DNA of 64,000 bases. Origin: Streptosporangiaceae bacterium. Lineage in GTDB: Bacteria > Actinomycetota > Actinomycetes > Streptosporangiales > Streptosporangiaceae. How positions within the stretch are numbered: the first letter of the stretch is position 1; every line of letters begins with the position of its first letter. Positions 1 through 8,425 of this stretch are shown piece by piece. A program made the position numbers and the translations under genes. Location: NCBI GenBank assembly GCA_036375995.1, contig DASVBE010000095.1, forward strand, positions 6,245-70,244. Direction: 5' to 3'. The notes beneath the pieces are model-generated. The model had not been told where the DNA came from and searched no databases. It saw nothing but the letters and a program-made list of their open reading frames with translations.

Positions 1-1790
1 CGGCGCAAGGCGGCCAGTTCCAGGGGCGGGAGCCGATCCAAGTCGGCTTCGCCCCGTCGGCCCCGCAGTCGCGGGTCACCATTTTCTTCCGCTGGCTGAT
101 GATCATCCCGCACGCGATCGTGCTGTATTTCGTGCAGATCGGCGCGGCCTTCGTGTTCTTCATCGGCTGGTGGGCAGCGCTGTTCACGGGCCGCCTGCCG
201 GACTCGTTCGCCGAGTTCCTGACCGGGACCCTGCGCTGGTACACCCGGGTGCACGGCTACCAGTCGCTGCTCTACGACGCGTACCCGCCGTTCACCTTCG
301 ACGACACGGACTACCCGCTGCGGCTGGCCACCCGGCCGGGCCGGCTGAACCGGGCCGCGGTGTTCTTCCGGATCATCCTGATCTTCCCGGCCTTCCTGCT
401 GACCGCGCTGATCCTCTACGGCCAGGTCATCTGCGGGCTCGTCATCTGGCTGATCGTGCTGATCACCGGGCGGATGCCGGAGTCGCTGTACCAGGCGTCC
501 GCCGCGGTGGTCCGCTGGTTCGCCCGGGTCCAGGGCTTCTACTGGATGCTGACCAGCGAGTACCCGGGTGGCCTGTTCGGCGATCCGGCGGGCAGTGTCC
601 AGGGCGGCGCGGCCAACGGCAGCTTCGCGCCCGGCGGGTTCGGCCAGCCGGACCAGGGCGGCTACGGGCAGCAGCAGCAGGCCTACGGCCAGCAGGCAGG
701 CTACGGGCAGCCCGCGTACGGACAGCAGGCGGGCTACGGCCAGCAGCCGGGCTACGGCCAGCAGCCCGGTTACGGCCAGCCGGGCTACGGGCAGCAGCAG
801 GCTTACGGCCAGCAGCCGGGCTACGGCCAGGCCGGTGACCCGTACGCGGCGCAGGCCACGCCCGGCTACGGCACGCCGCCGCAGCCGGCCGACCCGTACG
901 CGGCGCCCGGCGCGCCCGGAGCCCTCGGCGCCCCTGGCTCGGCCACCGCCGCGGGCGCGGTCCCGCAGGGCGGCTGGACCGCGCAGGCCGACCCCAGCTA
1001 CGGCCCCGCCGTCCCCGGCCAGCCCTACGGCACCGGGTCCGGCTACGAGATGAACGCCCCTGGCTACCAGGCCGCGCCCGGCTACGGCACGACCCCCTAC
1101 AGCCCCGCCGGCGGCTACGGCCAGGTGGCCATGGCCAACCAGGACCAGTGGGCGGTGCGCGGCGCCCCGCCGTGGCCGCTGGTGCTGTCCGACGGCGCCA
1201 AGAAGCTCGTCGCGCTGTTCATCGGCCTGGGCCCGCTGGTCATCGTCGGTGTCGCGATCCTGGCCGTCGCGGTCAGCTCCGCCACCCAGACCAGCGTGAA
1301 CCAGAGCCTGGACTCGCTCGGCCAGCCGACGGTCAGCCAGGGCACCGGCACGGACTCAGGCAACGGCTCCGGCAGCAACGGCTCGGGCACCACCGGGGGC
1401 GCCCCCCTGACCAGGCAGCAGGCCCTGCACCAGACCCAGGCCGTGTTCCACAAGTTCAGCAACGCGATGACGACCTACGCGCACGCCGAGTCGACCTGCG
1501 GCAGCGGCGACCTGAGCTGCGTGACCCAGGGCGCGCTGGGCGCGCAGAAGGCGTTCGCGGCGATGGCGGACAGCCTGCGGGCGATGTCGATGCCCTCCGC
1601 GGCGTCCCGGACGGCCAACACGAGGTTCATCCAGGACCTGCACCAGGGCCACACGTTCTTCCACAGCCTGTCCAGTGCCACCACCGCGACCCAGTACCTG
1701 GACCGGACGGCGAAATTCCCGCTGCCGACCTACCTCAGCAAGCTGTCCAAGGACTACGGGCACCTGATCGTGGCCATTGAAACCGGATGA
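1..1790 (+). CDS. DUF4389-family membrane protein with Q/G/Y-rich repeat region and extra C-terminal domain (5' end outside window)
   Basis: The frame of ORF 99..1790 stays open back to nt 3. The blocks ...[21 protein letters not shown]... and ...[16 protein letters not shown]...GRMPESL... look like the paired DUF4389 membrane hairpins, so the true start is upstream of the window. These are followed by GYGQQ-type repeats, a TM helix ([23 protein letters not shown]) and a Cys-containing C-terminal domain. TGA stop. Confidence 0.75.
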   Translation, partial: AQGGQFQGREPIQVGFAPSAPQSRVTIFFRWLMIIPHAIVLYFVQIGAAFVFFIGWWAALFTGRLPDSFAEFLTGTLRWYTRVHGYQSLLYDAYPPFTFDDTDYPLRLATRPGRLNRAAVFFRIILIFPAFLLTALILYGQVICGLVIWLIVLITGRMPESLYQASAAVVRWFARVQGFYWMLTSEYPGGLFGDPAGSVQGGAANGSFAPGGFGQPDQGGYGQQQQAYGQQAGYGQPAYGQQAGYGQQPGYGQQPGYGQPGYGQQQAYGQQPGYGQAGDPYAAQATPGYGTPPQPADPYAAPGAPGALGAPGSATAAGAVPQGGWTAQADPSYGPAVPGQPYGTGSGYEMNAPGYQAAPGYGTTPYSPAGGYGQVAMANQDQWAVRGAPPWPLVLSDGAKKLVALFIGLGPLVIVGVAILAVAVSSATQTSVNQSLDSLGQPTVSQGTGTDSGNGSGSNGSGTTGGAPLTRQQALHQTQAVFHKFSNAMTTYAHAESTCGSGDLSCVTQGALGAQKAFAAMADSLRAMSMPSAASRTANTRFIQDLHQGHTFFHSLSSATTATQYLDRTAKFPLPTYLSKLSKDYGHLIVAIETG

Positions 1791-1799
1791 GACCCGGTA

Positions 1800-1825
1800 G
1801 CTGATCTCAGCGAGCTGATCTCAGC
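1800..1825. repeat. Two tandem copies of the 12-bp palindrome GCTGATCTCAGC (1800..1811, 1814..1825) at a convergent gene junction
   Basis: Read directly: g-ctgatctcag-c ga g-ctgatc-tcagc. The second copy contains the TGA stop (1821..1823, minus strand) of the permease gene. Confidence 0.8.
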
Positions 1826-2666
1826 GGCCGGCCAGGCCCGCCTGCTCCCCGGCAGGCGCGGCCCGGCCGGCCGATCGCGTTACCGCCCCGGAGCCGGCCA
1901 CCCGCGCGGCCAGCCCGACCGGGATCAGCGTGAGCAGGATGACGACCGAGACCACCGCGTTGACCTCGGGCAGCTGCTGGCCGAGCCGGATCGCGCCGAA
2001 GATCCACAGCGGCAGCGTGTTCTGCGCGCCCGCGGTGAACACGGTGACGATGACCTCGTCGAAGGACAGCGCGAAGGCCAGCAGAGCGCCGGAGATCAGC
2101 GCCGTGCCCACCATCGGCAGCGTAATCAGCCGGGCCGTCTGCCAGCCGCGGGCGCCCAGGTCAGCGGACGCCTCGGAGAGCGATCCCGGGACCCGGCGGA
2201 GCCTGGCCACCATGTTGTTGTAGACCACCACGATGCAGAACGTGGCGTGCCCGATCACGATGGTCAGGATCGACAGCCCGGTCCCGGTGAACGAGAAGAA
2301 CGAGCTCAGCGCGATGCCGGTGACGATGCCGGGCAGCGCCAGCGGCAGCACCAGCAGGAACGAGACCGTCTCGCGGCCGAAGAACGCGAACGAGTGCACC
2401 GCGTAGGCCACCATCGAGCCGAGCCCCAGGGCGATCACGGTGGCCAGCAGCCCGACCTTGAGGGACAGCAGGAACGCCTGCCGGACGTCGGGGTCGTGCC
2501 AGGCGACCGAGAACCAGCGGAGGGTGAACCCGGAGATCGGCCAGCTCTGCACGGTGGACTTGTCGAACGCGTACAGGAAGATCAGCGCGATCGGCACGAA
2601 CAGGAACAGCAGCACGAGCACGACCCAGATGCGCAGCGCGATACGCAGCCCGCGGGATTCCATCAC
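1821..2666 (-). CDS. ABC transporter permease (PotC/PotI-like, polyamine-type)
   Basis: 281-aa multi-TM ORF. EAA-loop-like segment ...LSEASADLGARGWQTARLITLPMV... Starts 10 nt after the stop of the preceding permease gene. Confidence 0.85.
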   Translation of the reverse strand: MMESRGLRIALRIWVVLVLLFLFVPIALIFLYAFDKSTVQSWPISGFTLRWFSVAWHDPDVRQAFLLSLKVGLLATVIALGLGSMVAYAVHSFAFFGRETVSFLLVLPLALPGIVTGIALSSFFSFTGTGLSILTIVIGHATFCIVVVYNNMVARLRRVPGSLSEASADLGARGWQTARLITLPMVGTALISGALLAFALSFDEVIVTVFTAGAQNTLPLWIFGAIRLGQQLPEVNAVVSVVILLTLIPVGLAARVAGSGAVTRSAGRAAPAGEQAGLAGR

Positions 2667-2676
2667 AGGGCCCCCA

Positions 2677-3615
2677 TCACAGAGCCCGGAACGCGCCGGC
2701 CGCGCGGGCCAGGAGCAGGTAGATGGCCATGATGACGATCGGGATCAGCGCCATCGCGGCCCCGAACGGCACGTTGTTGGCGATGCCCACGCTCTGCTCG
2801 ATGACGTTGCCCATGAAGTTCGACCCGGACCCGCCGATCAGGATCGGGGTGATGAAGTCGCCCAGCGTCAGCGAGAACGTGAAGATCGACCCGGCCACCA
2901 CCCCGGGCAGGATCAGCGGCAGGATCACCAGCCGGGTGGTCCGCCAGGTCCGCGCGCCGAGGTCCTGCGAGGCCTCGATCTGCGACGGCGGGATGCGCTC
3001 CAGCGCCGCGTAGATCGGCACGACCATGAACGGCAGCCACACGTAGCAGAACACGATGAACACGGCCGGGTTGGAGTAGATCAGGCTGACCGGGCCGACG
3101 CCCACCTTGCCCAGCGACCAGTTGAGCAGCCCGTCGTGGGTGAAGATCAGCAGCCAGGCGTAGACCTTGGCCAGGTAACTGGCCCACAGCGGGAGCAGGA
3201 TCGCCACGTACAGGAACGTCCGGGTGGGCCGGCTGGCGATCCTGGCCATGTAGTAGGCGAACGGCAGCGCGATGATCGCGTCCACGATCGTCACCCCGGC
3301 GGCCATCCCGACCGTGCGCAGCACGATGTCCCGGTAGGCCGCGGTCTGGAAGATCAGCGTGAAGTTGTTGAGGTTCCAGACCTGCTCGATGTTCGAGGTG
3401 AACGCGTTGATCCGCCAGAACGCGGTGATCAGCAGCACGACCAGCGCGGCCAGGTAGATCAGCACGAACCAGGCCAGCGCCGGGGTGAGCAGCAGCGATG
3501 CCCGGGCCCACGGCCGGCGCCACAGCACCGCCGAGACCCGGGGCCAGCGCCCGGCCAGATCCTGGCCGGGCGCCCCGCCCTCGGCGGCCGGGCCCGCGCC
3601 TTGCGCAGCGGTCAC
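2677..3615 (-). CDS. ABC transporter permease (PotB/PotH-like)
   Basis: Multi-TM ORF with EAA-loop-like IEASQDLGARTWRTTRLVILPLILPG. GTG at 3615 lies 2 nt after the binding-protein stop. The longer track ORF to 3654 overlaps the upstream gene and was not used. Confidence 0.8.
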   Translation of the reverse strand: MTAAQGAGPAAEGGAPGQDLAGRWPRVSAVLWRRPWARASLLLTPALAWFVLIYLAALVVLLITAFWRINAFTSNIEQVWNLNNFTLIFQTAAYRDIVLRTVGMAAGVTIVDAIIALPFAYYMARIASRPTRTFLYVAILLPLWASYLAKVYAWLLIFTHDGLLNWSLGKVGVGPVSLIYSNPAVFIVFCYVWLPFMVVPIYAALERIPPSQIEASQDLGARTWRTTRLVILPLILPGVVAGSIFTFSLTLGDFITPILIGGSGSNFMGNVIEQSVGIANNVPFGAAMALIPIVIMAIYLLLARAAGAFRAL

Positions 3616-3617
3616 GG

Positions 3618-4859
3618 CTACCCGGTGACCTGGGTGGTCCAGGCCTGCTGCCACTCCGCGTACGGTACGCAGTTCTGCTGGCCGTTATCGCAGGTGGCGA
3701 CCGGGGTCTTCCACAGCGAGATCGAGTCGAAGTAGCTCTGCGGCGCGTTCGCGTGGTACAGCTCGCATGACCCGGCCTGGATCTTGTTCATGAACGGGCA
3801 GGCCAGCTTGTTGTCCGGGGTCTCCCCGTAGTTGACCGCCTGCTGGGCCTGCACCTTGGGAGTGCTGATGTAGCGCATCCACAGGTACGCGCAGTTCGGG
3901 TGCGGGGCCTTGGCGGCCAGCATCCAGGAGTCCGCCCAGCCGGTCGCGCCCTCGGACGGGACCACCGACCCGATCGGGAACTTGGCGTCGGTCAGCGCGC
4001 TGACCTGGTACGGCCAGCCCGCGCCGAGCGTCACGTCGCCGTTCTTGAACGCCGAGATCTCCTGCGAGGCCAGGCCCCAGTACTTCTTGATCAGCGGGCG
4101 CTGGTCGGCCAGCAGCTTGACCGCGGCCTGGAACTGCGGCTGGGTCAGCTCGTACGGGTCGGTGATCTTCAGCGACGGGTCGTGGGTCTTCAGGTACAGC
4201 GCCGCGTCGGCGATCTGGATCGGGTTGTCCGGCACCGTGACCTGGCCCTTGTACTTCGAGTCGTACAGCACGCTCCACGACGTCGGCGCGGTCGTGAAGG
4301 CCTTCTTGCTGTACATCAGCACGTTCGGGCCCCACTGCAGGGAGACCCCGTAGTGCACGCCGTTGACGGTGTTGAAGGCCGGCGCCTGGAAGGCCGGGAA
4401 GAAGTCCTTGACCTCGGGGATCAGGCTCATGTTCACCGGGTGCGCGTCGCCCGCGTAGATGATCCGCAGGTCCGCGTCGCCGGACGAGGAGACCATGTCG
4501 TACTGGCCGTTGCCGCCGTTCTTCATCAGCGTGACCATCTGGTCCGAGGTGCCCGCGTAGGTGGCGTGCACCTGGCAGTCGGACTGCTGCTCGAATGGCT
4601 TGACCCACTGCGGCTCGAGGTAGCCCTCCCAGGCGATCAGGTTGAGCGTGCCCTCGCCCTGGCCGATCTTCTGCAGCACCGGCAGGTTCGCGGTCGGCAC
4701 CTGCGGCGCCCCTCCGCCGCTGGCCGCACTGCTCCCGCCGCCGGCCGCCGGGGGCGCGGCGCCGCCGCTGCTGCCGCAGGCCGCCGCCAGCAGACCCGCT
4801 GCGGCCACAACCAGTGCGCTCCGCGCCGCGCGGGAAAATGTCCCCATCCCAGGCATCAT
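3618..4859 (-). CDS. ABC transporter substrate-binding lipoprotein (PotD/PotF-like)
   Basis: 413-aa ORF. Signal peptide with lipobox ...VVAAAGLLAAAC-GSSGG. Periplasmic-binding-protein-like body. First gene after the ATPase in a 4-gene co-directional operon. Confidence 0.8.
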   Translation of the reverse strand: MMPGMGTFSRAARSALVVAAAGLLAAACGSSGGAAPPAAGGGSSAASGGGAPQVPTANLPVLQKIGQGEGTLNLIAWEGYLEPQWVKPFEQQSDCQVHATYAGTSDQMVTLMKNGGNGQYDMVSSSGDADLRIIYAGDAHPVNMSLIPEVKDFFPAFQAPAFNTVNGVHYGVSLQWGPNVLMYSKKAFTTAPTSWSVLYDSKYKGQVTVPDNPIQIADAALYLKTHDPSLKITDPYELTQPQFQAAVKLLADQRPLIKKYWGLASQEISAFKNGDVTLGAGWPYQVSALTDAKFPIGSVVPSEGATGWADSWMLAAKAPHPNCAYLWMRYISTPKVQAQQAVNYGETPDNKLACPFMNKIQAGSCELYHANAPQSYFDSISLWKTPVATCDNGQQNCVPYAEWQQAWTTQVTG

Positions 4860-4865
4860 CGGTGC

Positions 4866-5972
4866 CTACCTTTCCTGTCGGCCCGGATCGCCGTGATCCG
4901 GGCCAGGCCCCTGCCGCACGGTAAACGCCTGCTCGCTGTGCCAGGCCAGGCGGACCCGGGAGCCGCGCAGCCCGCCCGGCTCAGCCGGGGCCGTCTCGTT
5001 CTGCCGGGCGACCACCAGCTGGCCGCCGCGGTCCAGGTCAACCACATACCGCGTCATCACGCCGACGTAGCTCACGTCCTGCACCTGGCCGGCCTCCACG
5101 GTGGCGCCGTCCGGCGCTTCCTCGTCGCCGGTCAGCAGCCGGATCTTCTCCGGCCGCACGGTGATCTGCCTGCCGTCCCGCTCGATCAGGTTCGAGATGC
5201 CGATGAACCCGGCCACGAACGCGGTCGCGGGCCGCTCGTACACCTCGAGCGGCGCGCCGACCTGCTCGATCTGGCCCTGGTGCAGGACCGCGATCCGGTC
5301 GCTCATCGACAGCGCTTCTTCCTGGTCGTGGGTCACGTACACGAACGTGATGCCCACTTCGCGCTGCACGTGCTGCAGCTCGAGCTGCATTTCCTGGCGC
5401 AGCTTGAGGTCCAGCGCGCCGAGCGGCTCGTCGAGCAGCAGCAGCTCCGGCTGGTTCACGATGGCCCGGGCCAGCGCGACCCGCTGCCGCTGGCCGCCGG
5501 ACAGCTGCGTGGGCTTGCGGTCGCCGAGCCCGCCGAGCCGGACCATCTCCAGCGCCTGGCCGGCCTTCTCCCGGCGCTCGGCCCTGGGCACCCGCTTGAC
5601 CCGCAGCCCGTACTCGATGTTCTGCGCCACGGTCATGTGCGGGAACAGCGCGTAGTCCTGGAACACGGTGTTCACGTTCCGTGCGTAGGGCGGCACCGAG
5701 GTCACGTCCCGGCCGCCCAGCTCGAGCCGCCCGCCGTCGGGATGCTCGAACCCGGCGATCAGGCGCAGCAGTGTGGTCTTTCCGGACCCGGACGGGCCGA
5801 GCAGGGTGAAGAACTCCCCGGCCTCGATGTCCAGGTCGACGCCGTCCAGCGCGGTTACCGGGCCGTACCGCTTGCGCATGCCGGTCACGCGGACAGCCGG
5901 CGCGGCCGCGGCCCCGCTGCCCGCCGCGGCCGGCCGCGAGGCGGCGGGATTCGCGATCATTCGGCTCGTCAT
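4866..5972 (-). CDS. ABC transporter ATP-binding protein (PotA-like)
   Basis: Walker A GPSGSGKTT, signature LSGGQRQRVALARA, Walker B LLLLDEP, plus a C-terminal regulatory domain. ATG at 5972 (MTSRMIANP...) was chosen; the track ORF start at 6095 is unsupported. Confidence 0.85.
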   Translation of the reverse strand: MTSRMIANPAASRPAAAGSGAAAAPAVRVTGMRKRYGPVTALDGVDLDIEAGEFFTLLGPSGSGKTTLLRLIAGFEHPDGGRLELGGRDVTSVPPYARNVNTVFQDYALFPHMTVAQNIEYGLRVKRVPRAERREKAGQALEMVRLGGLGDRKPTQLSGGQRQRVALARAIVNQPELLLLDEPLGALDLKLRQEMQLELQHVQREVGITFVYVTHDQEEALSMSDRIAVLHQGQIEQVGAPLEVYERPATAFVAGFIGISNLIERDGRQITVRPEKIRLLTGDEEAPDGATVEAGQVQDVSYVGVMTRYVVDLDRGGQLVVARQNETAPAEPGGLRGSRVRLAWHSEQAFTVRQGPGPDHGDPGRQER

Positions 5973-6109
5973 ATCATGCTCGGCGCTAGCCCCGCAAACG
6001 CCGGGAACCGCCTGGCCATCGTGCCTTTTCGCGGCGCTCCCCGCTCCCTGGTTTCTGCTGCGGCAAGATTGTCGGCAGGAGCCATCCGGCAGCAAAGGAG
6101 CAAACCGCT

Positions 6110-6619
6110 ATGGCCGGGAAGCATCCGGATGATTCGCACAGCGCTCCGGGCACCAGCAGCGTCAGCGACGTCCGGCTGCTGGCCGCCCAGCTGTTCAACG
6201 AGACCTGGCGGCTGATGGGCCTGCCGGACCGCAGCCAGGACGACATCAGCCGCATGATCGGCGCGGCGCACGCGTCCCGGTTCCACTGGTCCCAGGTCCC
6301 CGGGCACACCCCGGCGCACCTGGCCCGCGGCGACTGGCTGATCTCCCGGGTGTACGCCGAGCTCAGGCGGGCCGAGCCGGCCCTGTTCCACGCCCGCCTG
6401 GTGCTGGATACCTGCCAGGAGAACGGCATCGGCGACTGGGACCTGGCCTTCGCTTACGAGGCCCTGGCCCGGGCGCACGCCGTGGCCGGCGAGCGCGGCC
6501 GCGCCCGTGAGTACACCGACCAGGCGCTGGCCGCGGCCAAGGACATCGCCCAGAACCCGGACCGCGAGCTGCTGCTCGGCGACCTGGAGACGATCCCCGG
6601 CCAGCGCCGCTACTGGTAG
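6110..6619 (+). CDS. Hypothetical protein (helical, family not recognised)
   Basis: 169-aa ORF with AAGGAG about 8 nt upstream of the ATG. GC3-rich codons. Divergent from the ABC operon. Confidence 0.6.
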   Translation: MAGKHPDDSHSAPGTSSVSDVRLLAAQLFNETWRLMGLPDRSQDDISRMIGAAHASRFHWSQVPGHTPAHLARGDWLISRVYAELRRAEPALFHARLVLDTCQENGIGDWDLAFAYEALARAHAVAGERGRAREYTDQALAAAKDIAQNPDRELLLGDLETIPGQRRYW

Positions 6620-6666
6620 GCCGGTCGGGCTCGCAGCCTGCCCCGTTCTTAGGAAATACAGCCCTG

Positions 6667-6690
6667 AGGATTACGGTGCCGGGGGCGCGG
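6667..6690. repeat. Left copy of inverted repeat AGGATTACGGTGCCGGGGGCGCGG
   Basis: The reverse complement of 7483..7505 matches 23/24 positions, with one G indel. Lies 8 nt beyond the Clp_N gene stop. Confidence 0.9.
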
Positions 6691-6698
6691 GCCCACCG

Positions 6699-7175
6699 TC
6701 ACGGCGAAGCCAGCGCGCGGGCGATCAGCGCGGGCCGGTCGACCCCGGCCAGGTCCAGCGCCCGCGGCACGCTGCCGACCCGGGCGTTGAGCAGGCCGAC
6801 CAGCACGTGCCGCGGCTCGATCCGGTTCTCAGGACCGCCCCGGGCCGCGGCCACCGCCCGGTGCAGCACCCACCTGGCCGACGCGCCGAGCCGCGGCTTG
6901 CGCCCGGGGAGGGAGGACGACCGGGGCATCCGCCCGGCGGCCAGCCGCACCCCCACCAGGGCCAGCGACCGCTCGACGTCGGCGGCCAGCGCGATGCGCA
7001 CCGCGTCATGGTCGAGGCCGGCCTCGGCCAGCAGGTCCCGGGCCCGGCCGCCCTGCGGCGCGGTCAGGGCCAGCAGCATGTGCTCCGCCTCGATCGACGG
7101 TGACTGATCGGCCACCGCCTCGGCCTGCGCCAGCCGCAGCACGACCCGCACAAACCTGCCGTCGGTCCCCATCAT
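6699..7175 (-). CDS. Clp N-terminal (Clp R) domain-only protein
   Basis: Two Clp_N repeats: ...SIEAEHMLLALTAP...DLLAEAGLD... and ...IEPRHVLVGLLNARVGSVPRALDLAGVD... No AAA+ module. ATGA start/stop overlap with the upstream HTH gene. Confidence 0.75.
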   Translation of the reverse strand: MMGTDGRFVRVVLRLAQAEAVADQSPSIEAEHMLLALTAPQGGRARDLLAEAGLDHDAVRIALAADVERSLALVGVRLAAGRMPRSSSLPGRKPRLGASARWVLHRAVAAARGGPENRIEPRHVLVGLLNARVGSVPRALDLAGVDRPALIARALASP

Positions 7176-7405
7176 GGCTTCCTCCTCGGGGAAATTCCGG
7201 CCGCGGCCAGGCGGTGGCTGTGCTTCTTGTGCACGGCCTGGCGGGTGACGCCGAGGGCCTCGGCGACCTCGGACCAGCTCCAGCCGGTCCCGATGGCCTG
7301 CTCGACGGCCGCGTCCTCGAGCCGGTCGGCCAGCCGTCGCAGGGCGACGACCGCGGCCAGCCCGTCCCCCGGGTCGCCGGTCTCCTGAACCTCGATCTGC
7401 GGCAT
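7172..7405 (-). CDS. Small helix-turn-helix DNA-binding protein
   Basis: 77-aa ORF with HTH ...GWSWSEVAEALGVTRQAVHKKH... The ATG at 7405 sits immediately downstream of a promoter-like -35/-10 pair. Confidence 0.7.
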   Translation of the reverse strand: MPQIEVQETGDPGDGLAAVVALRRLADRLEDAAVEQAIGTGWSWSEVAEALGVTRQAVHKKHSHRLAAAGISPRRKP

Positions 7406-7450
7406 GCTAGCAACTTAAGTTGACATCCCCGAAGTTGTCAACTTAGGTTG
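7406..7450 (-). promoter_or_regulatory. Leaderless-type promoter overlapped by two 12-bp palindromic operators
   Basis: The minus strand reads TTGACA (7441..7436), 18 nt, TAAGTT (7417..7412), 6 nt, ATG. The palindromes are CAACTTAAGTTG (7411..7422, perfect) and CAACTTAGGTTG (7439..7450, 1 mismatch), with centres 28 bp apart. Confidence 0.6.
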
Positions 7451-7482
7451 CGCCGGGATGGCCGGCCGCGGTGGATGACGGA

Positions 7483-7505
7483 CCGCGCCCCGGCACCGTA
7501 ATCCT
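7483..7505. repeat. Right copy of inverted repeat (CCGCGCCCCGGCACCGTAATCCT)
   Basis: Reverse complement of 6667..6690 with a single-G indel. Lies upstream of the HTH promoter and 40 nt from the luxR-type gene stop. Confidence 0.9.
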
Positions 7506-7545
7506 TAATCAAGAGGCCTGAAGAGACCCTGGCCCGCGTTCCGGA

Positions 7546-8358
7546 CTAGATGGCGCCGATCCGCAGGGCGTAGGAGACCGCGTGGGTGCGGTTGCGCAGC
7601 TGCAGCCGTGTGGTCAGGTCCTGCAGGATCTTCTTGATGGTCCGCTCGGAGTACCGCAGCCGGGCCGCGATCTGCGCCGTGTCCTGCCCGTCGGCGAGCA
7701 GCCGGAGTACGTCGATCTCGCGCTCGGACAGGCCGCCAGGGCCCGGCCCGGCGCCGGCGCAGGCGGCCGCGGTGGGCTCGTGCCGGGTCAGCCGGGCCTC
7801 GTCCACCAGCCAGCGGGCCACCGTGGACGGCAGGATGGCCCGGCCCGCGTGGCTGGCCTGCACCGCCTGGGCGACGAGCTCGGCGGTGAGCCCGCGCCAG
7901 GGCAGGATGCTGACCACGCCGCAGCCGATCAGCGGGCCCAGCAGGGCCTCCCGGATCGGGTCCGCCACCAGGACGACGCACCGAGCCGGATGGCCGGCCT
8001 GCCCGGCCAGGCTGGTCAGCTCGGCCAGCAGACCGCCGCTCAGCGTAGTGGCCAGCGCCAGGATTACGTCGCCCCGGTGCGACGGCAGCACGTGCCGCAC
8101 GCCCAGCTCCGGCCTGGCCCTCAGCTGCGCGATGATCGGGGTCGCCGCGGCCGGGTCATCGGTGACCACGCCCATGCCGACCGGATCGGCCGCCCGCCGG
8201 ATGCTCACCGGCGCCTGCCGCAACGCTTCTCTTACCGCCGTCACTACGCTCCCCGTCAGCCCGTCCGCTGCCGGCCCGCCAGCCGTCAGCACGGTCTCCC
8301 GCCGTTCGCACGCATCCCCGGCGGGAATCGGCGTTCGCACCTGATGTGCGATATACAA
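7546..8358 (-). CDS. LuxR/FixJ-family transcriptional regulator with atypical receiver-like N-terminus
   Basis: C-terminal HTH LSEREIDVLRLLADGQDTAQIAARLRYSERTIKKILQDLTTRLQLRNRTHAVSYALRIGAI. No clear phospho-acceptor signature seen in the N-terminal part. Start uncertain. Confidence 0.75.
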   Translation of the reverse strand: MYIAHQVRTPIPAGDACERRETVLTAGGPAADGLTGSVVTAVREALRQAPVSIRRAADPVGMGVVTDDPAAATPIIAQLRARPELGVRHVLPSHRGDVILALATTLSGGLLAELTSLAGQAGHPARCVVLVADPIREALLGPLIGCGVVSILPWRGLTAELVAQAVQASHAGRAILPSTVARWLVDEARLTRHEPTAAACAGAGPGPGGLSEREIDVLRLLADGQDTAQIAARLRYSERTIKKILQDLTTRLQLRNRTHAVSYALRIGAI

Positions 8359-8425
8359 CCTCGTACTACGTACCGGGCGCGGGCTGAGTTCACGCGGCCG
8401 GGGCCCTTCGCCCGGCCGCCGCTGT

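Noticed and set aside
5973-6109. 137-nt region upstream of the polyamine-type ABC operon, as a possible riboswitch.
   Set aside because: I recognise no known riboswitch consensus. It is also the divergent promoter for gene 6110..6619. A structure-based search (Infernal/Rfam) would be needed, so no claim is made.
3900-6215. Very long alternative-frame or antisense ORFs in the track. Examples: 3900..6215 +, 2440..3735 +, 9165..10409 -, 9626..11386 +, 12049..13626 -, 12201..14246 +, 19666..21747 -, 22194..24113 +, 28318..30570 +, 34552..36522 +, 39695..41668 -, 43603..45243 +, 54364..56208 +.
   Set aside because: Their translations are Arg/Pro/Gly/Ala-rich with no recognisable domains. Each fully overlaps a gene with clear family motifs in another frame or on the other strand. 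This is typical of stop-codon-poor shadow ORFs in very GC-rich DNA.
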